NCBI GenBank assembly: GCA_963772945.1
Contig: CAVYZJ010000005.1
Coordinates: 674,596-714,595, forward strand
Reading direction: 5' to 3'
Length of the DNA stretch: 40,000 bases
Source of the DNA: an uncultured Thermoleophilaceae bacterium
Lineage (GTDB): Bacteria; Actinomycetota; Thermoleophilia; Solirubrobacterales; Thermoleophilaceae
Positions 16,282 to 24,152 of the stretch are shown here, piece by piece. Within the stretch, counting starts at the first letter, position 1, and each line of letters begins with the position of its first letter. Position numbers and translations under genes: made by a program. The notes under the pieces are model-generated. The model was not told where the DNA came from, ran no database searches, and worked only from the letters and a program-made list of their open reading frames with translations.

Positions 16282-16992
16282 TCAGGACGGTGCCGCGCAT
16301 AGCTCGCGCAGCCGCCCGATCCGCTCGCCGTCGAGAGGCGCGGTGCGCCGCCCGTCGCGACAGGCCGCCGAGCGCACGCCTGCTATGTCGGCGCCCGTGG
16401 CCCGCACCGCGCTCAGGTCCTCCGCGCGCAGTGCTCCGGCGAGCGCCATCTCCAGGCCCGCGGCGTGCGCATCGGCCACCAGCGTCGTGAGTGCGTCGGG
16501 GTCGAGCCACTCGAACAGCCCGCGGCCGTCCTTGAGCGCGGTGTCGAGCAGGCAGCCGCCTACGCCCGCACGGCGCGCCGCCGCGACGAGGGCCCCCGGC
16601 GGCAAAGGCCGGCCGGGCACGCGCTCGGCGTCGGCGTAGGCAGCGGCGATCACGTCCGCCCCGCCGTCGAGGGTGTTCCGAACCGCGGAGAGCACCGCCA
16701 CGGCCCTGTCCTCGGTCGACGTTCCCCACAGCCCGACCTTCACGTAGGCGGCGCCGGACCGCACGGCCCCCAGCGCGGCCAGCGCGGCGGTGCCGGGCAG
16801 GTCGGGCAGGTCGCCAATGGCGGCGCTCACCGGACGCTGGGGCGGCACCACCTCCCGGACACGCTCGATCACGTCCGGCGCCGGGGCACCCAGCGAACCC
16901 TCGGCCGGGTTCTTCACGTCGACGATGTCGACACCTCCCTCGACGGCCACGGACGCCTCGTGGGCGTCGGTGACGCTCACTAGCAACCTCAT
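16282..16992 (-). CDS. mfnB: (5-formylfuran-3-yl)methyl phosphate synthase (MfnB, DUF556 family)
   Basis: MRLLVSV...GGVDIVDVKNPAEGSLGA contains the Schiff-base Lys motif. Later segments are YVKVGL and LLDTALKDG, as in MfnB. ATG 16992 overlaps the mptG stop (ATGA). The track ORF was trimmed from 17133. Confidence 0.8.
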   Translation of the reverse strand: MRLLVSVTDAHEASVAVEGGVDIVDVKNPAEGSLGAPAPDVIERVREVVPPQRPVSAAIGDLPDLPGTAALAALGAVRSGAAYVKVGLWGTSTEDRAVAVLSAVRNTLDGGADVIAAAYADAERVPGRPLPPGALVAAARRAGVGGCLLDTALKDGRGLFEWLDPDALTTLVADAHAAGLEMALAGALRAEDLSAVRATGADIAGVRSAACRDGRRTAPLDGERIGRLRELCAAPS

Positions 16993-17930
16993 CCGGTCTT
17001 CACGCGCGCGCCGCGGTTGTCGAAGCGCACGAGCTCCACCGACGCGCCACCTGCCAGCTCGGCGTCCATTCGGCGGACGAGCTCGCGCCCCGCCTGCTCG
17101 TCTCCAACGATCCCGTAGACAGCGGGCCCCCACGAGCTCTGTCCCGCACCGGCCGCCCCGAGGCGGAGCAGCGCATCGACCAGAGCTCCGGCGCGTGGAT
17201 GGAACATGCCGCGCTGAACCGAGGAGAACGACTCGCCGACCAGCCGCTGGACACGCGTGAGCGCCGTGCCGAACTCGGTCAGGTCACGCTCGGCGAGCCC
17301 GGGCAGCAACGAGGTCAGGACGAGCTGCGAGATGAGCGCAGCGCGGTCGGCGTCCGGACGCAGCCCCGCGAAAGCCTCCTCCTCCGCACGTCCCGAGAGT
17401 CCCGGCTCGGCGGTCGGGATCGCGAGCACGCAGCGCCAGTCGTCGGGCATCGCGTGGCGGGCCAGGAGCGGGGCCGCCTGCTCGACGCCGGGCCGCACGC
17501 CGCCCTCCACCACCATTCCGCCGTGCACGAAGGTCCACAGGCCCACCGCCGAGCGCGCCCCGCGCCCGGCGGCGCGGGCGAGCGCCCGCGGGTCGGGCGT
17601 CTGCCCGGCCAATCCGGCCAGGGCGGCGGTGACGGCAAGGGCGAGCTTGGTACCCGAGCCGAGGCCGACATGCCCCGGGATCGCTTCGAGCACGCGGATC
17701 CGCGCGCCGCCCGCGAGAGCGAGCGACTCCCGGCAGCGCTTGGCGACGGCGAGCGCGCGCTCGGCGTCGGCGCCCTCCGCGGTGACGTCCTCGGCAGCGC
17801 TTGCCTCCACTACGGCAGCAGGACGGCTGATGGCCACGCCCAGCCCGCCGAAGCGGCGCCCGCCACTCCCGGCGACGTCGAGCATGCCCATGTGCAGGCG
17901 CGCGGGCGCCTCGACGCGGACCGTCGTCAT
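16989..17930 (-). CDS. mptG: Beta-ribofuranosylaminobenzene 5'-phosphate (beta-RFAP) synthase, GHMP-kinase fold
   Basis: The N-terminus RVEAPARLHMGMLD and the GHMP motif PGHVGLGSGTKLALAV match MptG, which commits pABA + PRPP to methanopterin. ATG 17930 overlaps the upstream stop (ATGA). Confidence 0.85.
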   Translation of the reverse strand: MTTVRVEAPARLHMGMLDVAGSGGRRFGGLGVAISRPAAVVEASAAEDVTAEGADAERALAVAKRCRESLALAGGARIRVLEAIPGHVGLGSGTKLALAVTAALAGLAGQTPDPRALARAAGRGARSAVGLWTFVHGGMVVEGGVRPGVEQAAPLLARHAMPDDWRCVLAIPTAEPGLSGRAEEEAFAGLRPDADRAALISQLVLTSLLPGLAERDLTEFGTALTRVQRLVGESFSSVQRGMFHPRAGALVDALLRLGAAGAGQSSWGPAVYGIVGDEQAGRELVRRMDAELAGGASVELVRFDNRGARVKTG

Positions 17931-18508
17931 TCGCTTCCCAATGCGACGCGCACGTGCCTCCGCACGAGCTCCATCGCCTCGAGCTCGCGCGGCCCGGCCG
18001 TCTTGTCGACCAGCACCTGGAGGCGCTCCAGGTCCGCGTGGATCTCGGCAGGCGGGAGGCGGCGCACGCGCGACGCGATGATCGATGCCTCGAGCACCGC
18101 GTGACGCGCCCGGTTGAACCCGAGGAACTCACGCCCGGTCCCCTGCCCGACGACGCGCGTGGTCACCCGCGCGCGCGGCCCACTCGCTTCGATCTCCTCG
18201 ACCTCGACCTCGCGCCAGGAACAGGCGTCCGCCAACACCGCGCCGTCGATCGCCGCTGCGGACCGCGTGGGCGGGCGCGGATCGCCGAGCGCCGCCTGCG
18301 TGAAGAGCAGGATGTCGTCGGTGAGGTGGACCACCGCCGCCCCTGTCGCCTGCAGGTTGCGCAGCGTCCGCGTCGGGCGGTAGGGCTTGATGACGATGAT
18401 CTCGTCGCCCCACTCCACCCCCATCGCGGCGCAGTTGACCGTGCCGTCCGGGTTGATGGTCGTGGTTACCGTCTCGACGATCGCGGCCCCGGGCGGGCGC
18501 GCGCTCAT
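17927..18508 (-). CDS. DUF447-family protein (split-barrel, flavin-reductase-like fold); conserved unknown of H4MPT clusters
   Basis: IVETVTTTINPDGTVNCAAMGV and VIKPYRPTRTLRNL match the DUF447 pattern as I recall it from archaea and methylotrophs. ATG 18508 overlaps the mch stop (ATGA). Confidence 0.65.
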   Translation of the reverse strand: MSARPPGAAIVETVTTTINPDGTVNCAAMGVEWGDEIIVIKPYRPTRTLRNLQATGAAVVHLTDDILLFTQAALGDPRPPTRSAAAIDGAVLADACSWREVEVEEIEASGPRARVTTRVVGQGTGREFLGFNRARHAVLEASIIASRVRRLPPAEIHADLERLQVLVDKTAGPRELEAMELVRRHVRVALGSE

Positions 18509-19455
18509 CCCCTGAAGGACCGCTCGAGGACGCCGACGTCAACGGCCCCGGCGTGAAAGCTGCGCCCGCTCGACACGCTCGTCAGGCGCACCTCGGCCGG
18601 GCTGAAGAGCAGCGGGTCGATCTCGTAGAAGTCGCCGCCGGCTTGCTCGAGTACGCGCGCGAAGGGTTCGCCATGGTCCCGCGAGGCGGACGCGGGCAGG
18701 CGCGGCACGATCGACTCGAGCTCCTCGTCGGGGGCATCGACGCTGAGCTCCACCTGGCCGCCGTAGAGGACGGCGTCGTTGGTGCGACCGATCGCCTCGC
18801 CGTCGTCTCGGGCGACCGGCGGGAGCGGACAGCTCCCGAAACCGCTCACCACTCGCCCGACGTCGAAGTCGAGCTCGTGGAGCTTGTGCAGCGCGGTCTC
18901 GACCACGCGCGCGGCGATCTGAACCCCGCCGGCCAGGCTGGCGGTCGGCGCGAACAGCAGCGTCAGGTCCCCTGCCGTGACACCGGCGCGCTCCGCCACA
19001 TACTCGGCGAGCGGTTCCGGTGGCGGCTCGCGCGCCTCGAGGCACAGCGTCGCGCTCTGCGCCCGCTCGTCGACGTCGAGATCGTCGTAGAGGTCCTCGG
19101 CCCGGATCAAGGCGCGGCCCGGCCCGCTGGCCATCGCGAAGTAGTCGTCCCGGTCCAACTTCCAGCCCGCGTACTGAGAGGCCAGACAGGCAAGCGCCGG
19201 CCGATCGGTCACAACCGTGACCCCGGGAAGCCAGCGGCCCTCGAGCACCAACGGGACGAACGACACCCAGCCCATGCCACCCATGCAGATCTGGGCGAAG
19301 CGGCGGCCGGCCTCGAAGCCACCGGCGACCGCGCTGCCGCAGTCGATCAGGCGCGTGCCGTTCGGGAGCGTCGTGACCTCCACACGCAGGGCGTCGGCCT
19401 CGGCGGCCAGGCGGTCGGCGAGCTCATGTGCGCGATCGTTTAGCGAGGGGGTCAC
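18505..19455 (-). CDS. mch: Methenyltetrahydromethanopterin cyclohydrolase
   Basis: The 316-aa protein has Mch-typical segments ACLASQYAGW, ASGPGRAL and GRTNDAVLYGG. GTG 19455 overlaps the upstream stop (GTGA). Confidence 0.9.
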   Translation of the reverse strand: MTPSLNDRAHELADRLAAEADALRVEVTTLPNGTRLIDCGSAVAGGFEAGRRFAQICMGGMGWVSFVPLVLEGRWLPGVTVVTDRPALACLASQYAGWKLDRDDYFAMASGPGRALIRAEDLYDDLDVDERAQSATLCLEAREPPPEPLAEYVAERAGVTAGDLTLLFAPTASLAGGVQIAARVVETALHKLHELDFDVGRVVSGFGSCPLPPVARDDGEAIGRTNDAVLYGGQVELSVDAPDEELESIVPRLPASASRDHGEPFARVLEQAGGDFYEIDPLLFSPAEVRLTSVSSGRSFHAGAVDVGVLERSFRG

Positions 19456-20573
19456 GATGCGGCCTGAGCATAAGCCTCTCGCTCACCAAGCTCGGTGCGC
19501 AGCGCGGAGGCGCGCTCCTCGAGGTCGGCGAGCACGGCGTGCGGGGAGCCCTGGGTCGAGACGAGCGTGCAGATCGGATGCCCGGCCGCGATCCGCTCGT
19601 GCGGGTGAGGCACGTCGCGAATGCCGCGCGCCGGCCAGCCGCGGGTATCCCCGACGCGCAGGTTACGGGTGGCGAACAGGATCGCCTTGCCGGCCGCCCG
19701 GCGCGGTGCCGGAGCGGGAGCGACCGGGGGCAGACGCCCGGCGCAACCCTCGAGGTGGGCTTCGAAGACGCCCACCCGGTGCGCCGCCTCGACGGGTTCA
19801 AGTGAACCCGTGGGCCGGGGGTTGACCTCGACGACCCAGGCTCGCTCGCCGTCCCACACGAAGTCCACGCCGAACAGCCCCCGGAATCCGAACTGGACAG
19901 CCAGGTGCGCGCAGATCGTCAGCGCGGCGGCGGCCAGCTCGCCTCGCTGCTTCTCCTCGAGCCGCGGCGGCACGAGGTTGCCGCACCACGCGTAGCCGCG
20001 CGCGCCGAGCCCGCGGTGCCCGATCAGCTGCTCGCTCACGCCGAGCACGACGGCCGAGCGGCCGTCGGCGACCGCAGCGGCCGAGCAGGCCAGCCCGGAG
20101 ATCCGCTCCTGCACCACGACATCCCCGTCGAGCGCCCCGCCGCGCCACTGCCGGATGCCCCGCCCGCCGCCGCCGCGCACCGGCTTGCGCAGCCAGCGGC
20201 GCGAGGGCTCCGCGAGCCGGGGAGCGTCGCTGGCGGCGAATGTCTGCGGATACGCGAGGCCGGCTGCCCGCAGGGAGGCGCCCAGGACAGCCGGGTCACG
20301 CACGCGCTCGAGCGTCTCGGGCTGACACCCGAGCAGGGTCCGGCCGGACGCGAGCCGGGCCACGAGCCCCGGCTGGTTCTCCAGGCCCGCGCCGTAGATC
20401 ACGCTCGGCGCGGAGATCTCCTCCGCGGCGTCCACCAACGTCGCCATCCCGCCCCGCCCGCCCAGATCGCGCAGCACGGACACGCTCGGGCAGAGCCGCT
20501 GCAGGTCGAAATCCCCGAAGCGGTCGAGCGCCACCACCTCGTGCCCGGCACTCATCGCCAGCTGGGCGAGCAT
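19452..20573 (-). CDS. ATP-grasp ligase of the H4MPT/methanofuran gene set (COG2232-type, MfnD-like candidate)
   Basis: The ATP-grasp core has VVQERISG, GNLVPP and FGVDFVWDGERAWVVEVNPRP. The coordinates use the first ATG (20573). The conserved N-terminus (LEPILLVAVSAR) continues in frame upstream with no ATG/GTG/TTG, so see the finding on a possible CTG start at 20615. Confidence 0.75.
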   Translation of the reverse strand: MLAQLAMSAGHEVVALDRFGDFDLQRLCPSVSVLRDLGGRGGMATLVDAAEEISAPSVIYGAGLENQPGLVARLASGRTLLGCQPETLERVRDPAVLGASLRAAGLAYPQTFAASDAPRLAEPSRRWLRKPVRGGGGRGIRQWRGGALDGDVVVQERISGLACSAAAVADGRSAVVLGVSEQLIGHRGLGARGYAWCGNLVPPRLEEKQRGELAAAALTICAHLAVQFGFRGLFGVDFVWDGERAWVVEVNPRPTGSLEPVEAAHRVGVFEAHLEGCAGRLPPVAPAPAPRRAAGKAILFATRNLRVGDTRGWPARGIRDVPHPHERIAAGHPICTLVSTQGSPHAVLADLEERASALRTELGEREAYAQAAS

Positions 20574-20611
20574 GCGCGCGCTGACCGCGACCAGCAGGAT
20601 CGGCTCCAGGC

Positions 20612-21493
20612 TCAGAGCAGGCCCTCCAGCAGCGCCACGAAGAGCACGGCGGTCACCACATCGGCCGTGGTACCCGGGTTGAGCGCGTTGCCGTCGCTGC
20701 GCAGGAAGGCGTCGAATCCGGCCAGAGCGGTCCGGCCCGAGGCGTTGCGCACGCCGCCGGCGCCGAGCACCTCCCTCGCCCCCGCCGCCACTCGACCGGC
20801 CGCGGCGGCGCCGCGCTTGCGAGCGATCAGCGTGTCCGGCACGGCGGCGAGGAGGCGCAGCGCCAGCTCGACCGTGGCGTCGCGAGGGCGCAACCCATCG
20901 CCCAGCGCATCGCCGAGGGCGGGCAGCCCGAGCTCGAACGTCACCGCGTAATCGGTGAGGTACTCGCCGGCGATCGTGTCGCGCTGCGCGGCGGCCGCCA
21001 TGGCCTCGCGCAGCGTCACCCGTGGTTCCTCACGCACGTCATGCTCGACGGGCTCGTCGAGCCCGCCCGGCCCGGCGAGGCGGATCGCCGCGTAGGCGCC
21101 TCGCGCGTCGTCGACGGTGAGCGCCCGCAGCACGTCGCCGAGGCGCTTACGGAGGGTGCCCCCGATCAAAGCCGCGCGCGCGAGCGGCGCCAGGAGCAGC
21201 GCGATCCCGAGGTTGGTGTTGGCGCCGGCGGCGTCACGCGAGGCACGTACGGCGGCCAGCACCGTCTCGCCGATCGCTCGCTCGCCCGCCCGGCCCAGCT
21301 CGGGACCGAGCGCGATCCCGCTGCGCAGCATGTCCTCGTAGGAGGTGTCGCCGAAGTCGTGGCTGGGCGTGATGTTGCCCGGCTTTTCGGCGCTGGCCTC
21401 CAGCACACAGGCCAGCTGCGCAGCCTGCACGACGACGTCGGGGGCAAGACGAGCGGCGCCGTCCGCCGTCTGCTTGACCGGCATTTGCGGCAT
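20612..21493 (-). CDS. Triphosphoribosyl-dephospho-CoA synthase (CitG/MdcB)-like protein of the H4MPT-linked gene set
   Basis: ASAEKPGNITP, GANTNLGIALLL and NPGTTADVV are CitG-family segments. The start is ATG 21493 (MPQMPVK) or ATG 21484. The upstream 50 codons of the track ORF run antisense into the SDR gene. Confidence 0.75.
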   Translation of the reverse strand: MPQMPVKQTADGAARLAPDVVVQAAQLACVLEASAEKPGNITPSHDFGDTSYEDMLRSGIALGPELGRAGERAIGETVLAAVRASRDAAGANTNLGIALLLAPLARAALIGGTLRKRLGDVLRALTVDDARGAYAAIRLAGPGGLDEPVEHDVREEPRVTLREAMAAAAQRDTIAGEYLTDYAVTFELGLPALGDALGDGLRPRDATVELALRLLAAVPDTLIARKRGAAAAGRVAAGAREVLGAGGVRNASGRTALAGFDAFLRSDGNALNPGTTADVVTAVLFVALLEGLL

Positions 21494-21505
21494 CGTATAG
21501 CTGAG

Positions 21506-22291
21506 ATGTCGGACCAGGTGGCGCAGCCGGGCGGTCGCCGGCTCGACGGGGTGCGGGCCGTGGTAACGGGCTCCAGCAGCGGCATCGGCGCCGCCATCGC
21601 CGAGGCTTTCGGCGCCGCGGGCGCGACGGTGCTCGTGACACACCGCGACAGCTCGGAGGGCGCCTCTGCGGTCGCCGAGCGGATCACCGGCGCCGGTGGC
21701 CGCGCCCTGGTCGCCCAGGCGGACCTGGGCACTCGCGACGGATGTGAGGCGCTGGTCGGGGAGGCGCAGGAACGGCTCGGCGGGCTAGACGTCTGGGTCA
21801 ACAACGCGGGCGCAGACGTGCTGACCGGCGAGGCAGCCGGCTGGGACTGGGAGCGCAAGCTCGACCTCCTGGTCGCCGTCGACCTCAAGGGAACCGTCGC
21901 GTGCTCGCGTGCCGCCGGCGCCGTCATGCGCGAGCAGGCCGGCGGCGGAGTCATCGTGAACATGAGCTGGGACCACGTGACCACCGGTATGGCCGGCGAG
22001 AACCCGGAGCTGTTCAACGCCGTGAAGGGCGGCGTGCTCGCCTACAGCAAGAGCCTCGCACGCAGCCTGGCTCCCCGGGTCCGTGTGAACGTGCTGTGCC
22101 CGGGCTGGATCGAGACCGGCTTCGCGCAGGAAGCCGACAGCGAGTTCCGTCGCTCGGTCACGGAGTCGACGCCCCTTGCCCGCTGGGGCCGTCCGGAGGA
22201 CGTCGCCGCGACCGCGCTCTGGCTGGCGTCGCCCGAGGCGGCGTTCGTCACCGGTCAGGCCGTCAACATCAACGGCGGCGTTGTGATGTAG
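21506..22291 (+). CDS. Short-chain dehydrogenase/reductase (classical SDR fold) with a non-canonical active-site motif
   Basis: Cofactor loop AVVTGSSSGIG, NNAG, IVNMS and PGWIETGF are present. At the expected YxxxK position the sequence reads FNAVK. ATG 21506 (alternative GTG 21518) was trimmed from the track start 21041. Confidence 0.8.
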   Translation: MSDQVAQPGGRRLDGVRAVVTGSSSGIGAAIAEAFGAAGATVLVTHRDSSEGASAVAERITGAGGRALVAQADLGTRDGCEALVGEAQERLGGLDVWVNNAGADVLTGEAAGWDWERKLDLLVAVDLKGTVACSRAAGAVMREQAGGGVIVNMSWDHVTTGMAGENPELFNAVKGGVLAYSKSLARSLAPRVRVNVLCPGWIETGFAQEADSEFRRSVTESTPLARWGRPEDVAATALWLASPEAAFVTGQAVNINGGVVM

Positions 22292-22315
22292 TGAGCCAGA
22301 AGGAGGGATCACGCA

Positions 22316-22681
22316 ATGGAGACGACCGCAAAGACCAAGCCGTACACCGACGAGGAGGTCGAGGCCAAGATCAGCGAGCACGGCCTCGACGGCTGGTACC
22401 TCGACGGCGGGTGGCTCCGGCGCAAGTACAACACCGACGGCTGGCCGACGACGCTGATGCTCGTCAACGCCATCGGCTACCTGTCCGAGGCGGCCTACCA
22501 TCACCCGGACCTGGCGGTGACCTGGGGCAAGGTGTGGGTAAAGCTGCAGACGCACTCGAGCGGCGGCATCACCGACAAGGATTTCGCCCTCGCGCGCGAG
22601 ATCGAGGATCACGTGCTGTGGCGGCCTGAGTCCGACAGCGCGCTCGAGGGATCGCCGAACAAGTTCGTCGTGAGCAAGTAG
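22316..22681 (+). CDS. Pterin-4a-carbinolamine dehydratase (PCD/DCoH family)
   Basis: The 121-aa protein carries the PCD signature EAAYHHPDLAVTWGKVWVKLQTHS. A strong SD AAGGAGGG (22300-22307) lies 8 nt upstream of the ATG. Confidence 0.85.
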   Translation: METTAKTKPYTDEEVEAKISEHGLDGWYLDGGWLRRKYNTDGWPTTLMLVNAIGYLSEAAYHHPDLAVTWGKVWVKLQTHSSGGITDKDFALAREIEDHVLWRPESDSALEGSPNKFVVSK

Positions 22682-22701
22682 CGCCCCGCGCGCACACGCC
22701 C

Positions 22702-24075
22702 GTGGCCGAGCGGCTCCTGTTCGTAACCGGCAAGCTCGCCGCGGCGGCGCTCCGCGACACGCTGGACCGCACGGAGCTTCCGTTCGACTACGACGTCGCG
22801 GTCATGAAGATCACGGTCGCCGCGCTGATGACCACAACCTGGATCGCGCGCTTCCTCGAGCCTCCCGACGCGGTCACCAAGATCATGATCCCCGGCCTCT
22901 GCGAGGGAGAGACCGACGTGCTGGCGGAGCGCTTCGGAGTCCCGGTCGAGAAGGGCCCGGCGGACCTCAAGCGGCTGCCGGCCTGGTTCGGGCAGGCCGA
23001 CGCGCGCGCCAGCTACGGGCCGCGCGACATCCGCGTGTTCGCGGAGATCAACCACGTTCCGAGGCTGAGCCGCGACCGCATCCTCGAGCTCGCGGGCTAC
23101 TACCGCGACTCCGGCGCCGATGTGATCGACCTGGGCCTGTCGCTCGAGGGCAGCTGGCTCGAGGAGGGCCCGGCGGTGATCGCCGAGCTGCGCGAGCGCG
23201 GCTTCACCCTCAGCATCGACACGATGGACACCGAGGAGATTCTGATGGCCGACGAGGCGGGCGTCGACTACGTCCTCAGCCTCAACGGCTCCAACCGCGA
23301 ACTCGCCGAGCGACTGCGCGCGATCCCGGTGCTCATCCCCGACACGCCCGACGACCTGGACAGCCTCGACGCCACGGTCGCCCACCTCGAGGGCCTCGGC
23401 AAGCCCTACCTCGTCGACCCGATCATCGAGCCGATAGGCACGGGCTTCGCGGCCAGCCTCGGGCGCTACCTGGGGGTGCGCCGGCGCCATCCCGACGCGG
23501 AGATGTTCATGGGGATCGGCAACCTCACCGAGCTGACCGAGGCGGACAGCACGGGGGTGACGGCGACGCTCATCGGCTTCTGCCAGGAGCTAGGCATCCG
23601 CAATGTGCTCACCACCGAGGTCATCGAGTGGGCGCACGGTGCCGTGCGGGAGGCGGTGCTGGCGGCGCAGCTCATGTACTTCGCGCAGGAGCAAGGAACC
23701 CCGCCCAAGCACGTCGACGGGCGGTTGCTGACCGTGAAGGACGAGGACCTCCGCCCTTACGCGGAGTCCGAGCTGCGCGAGCTGCACGCGCAGGTGACCG
23801 ACCCGAACTTCCGGATCTTCGCCGACAGCGAGTGGATCTACGTCTTCAACGCCGAGCTGTTCGTCAAGGGCACCGACTTCAACGAGATCTTCGACCAGCT
23901 CGGGGTGGATGAGCCGACGCACGCCTTCTATCTCGGCAAGGAGCTGATGAAGGCCACTATCGCGCGCGCCCTGCGCAAGAACTATCGCCAGGAATCGCCC
24001 CTCGACTGGGGCTACATGACGTTCGAGGAGCCGCGCCGAGAGCGCGTCCGGCTGACCACGCGGCTCAAGGAGTAG
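22702..24075 (+). CDS. Dihydropteroate synthase-like protein with N-terminal extra domain (H4MPT biosynthesis, MptH-like)
   Basis: The pterin-binding barrel has DVIDLGL, SIDT and GIGNLTELTEADSTGV. It follows an N-terminal about 100-aa domain (LLFVTGKLA...) typical of methylotroph/archaeal DHPS-related proteins. The start is GTG. Confidence 0.8.
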   Translation: MAERLLFVTGKLAAAALRDTLDRTELPFDYDVAVMKITVAALMTTTWIARFLEPPDAVTKIMIPGLCEGETDVLAERFGVPVEKGPADLKRLPAWFGQADARASYGPRDIRVFAEINHVPRLSRDRILELAGYYRDSGADVIDLGLSLEGSWLEEGPAVIAELRERGFTLSIDTMDTEEILMADEAGVDYVLSLNGSNRELAERLRAIPVLIPDTPDDLDSLDATVAHLEGLGKPYLVDPIIEPIGTGFAASLGRYLGVRRRHPDAEMFMGIGNLTELTEADSTGVTATLIGFCQELGIRNVLTTEVIEWAHGAVREAVLAAQLMYFAQEQGTPPKHVDGRLLTVKDEDLRPYAESELRELHAQVTDPNFRIFADSEWIYVFNAELFVKGTDFNEIFDQLGVDEPTHAFYLGKELMKATIARALRKNYRQESPLDWGYMTFEEPRRERVRLTTRLKE

Positions 24076-24152
24076 CCGATTTCCGGGCTTTCATCGACCG
24101 CGGCTACCTGTTAGTGTCGCGCCCCGTCATAGGACCAAGAGGGAGGAGTCGC

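Noticed and set aside
24089-24117. Possible sigma-70-like promoter for the dehydrogenase operon: TTTCAT, 17-nt spacer, TAGTGT
   Set aside because: Only the -10-like hexamer (TAnnnT) is convincing, and the -35 matches the consensus at 2 of 6 positions. Without TSS data this is indistinguishable from chance.
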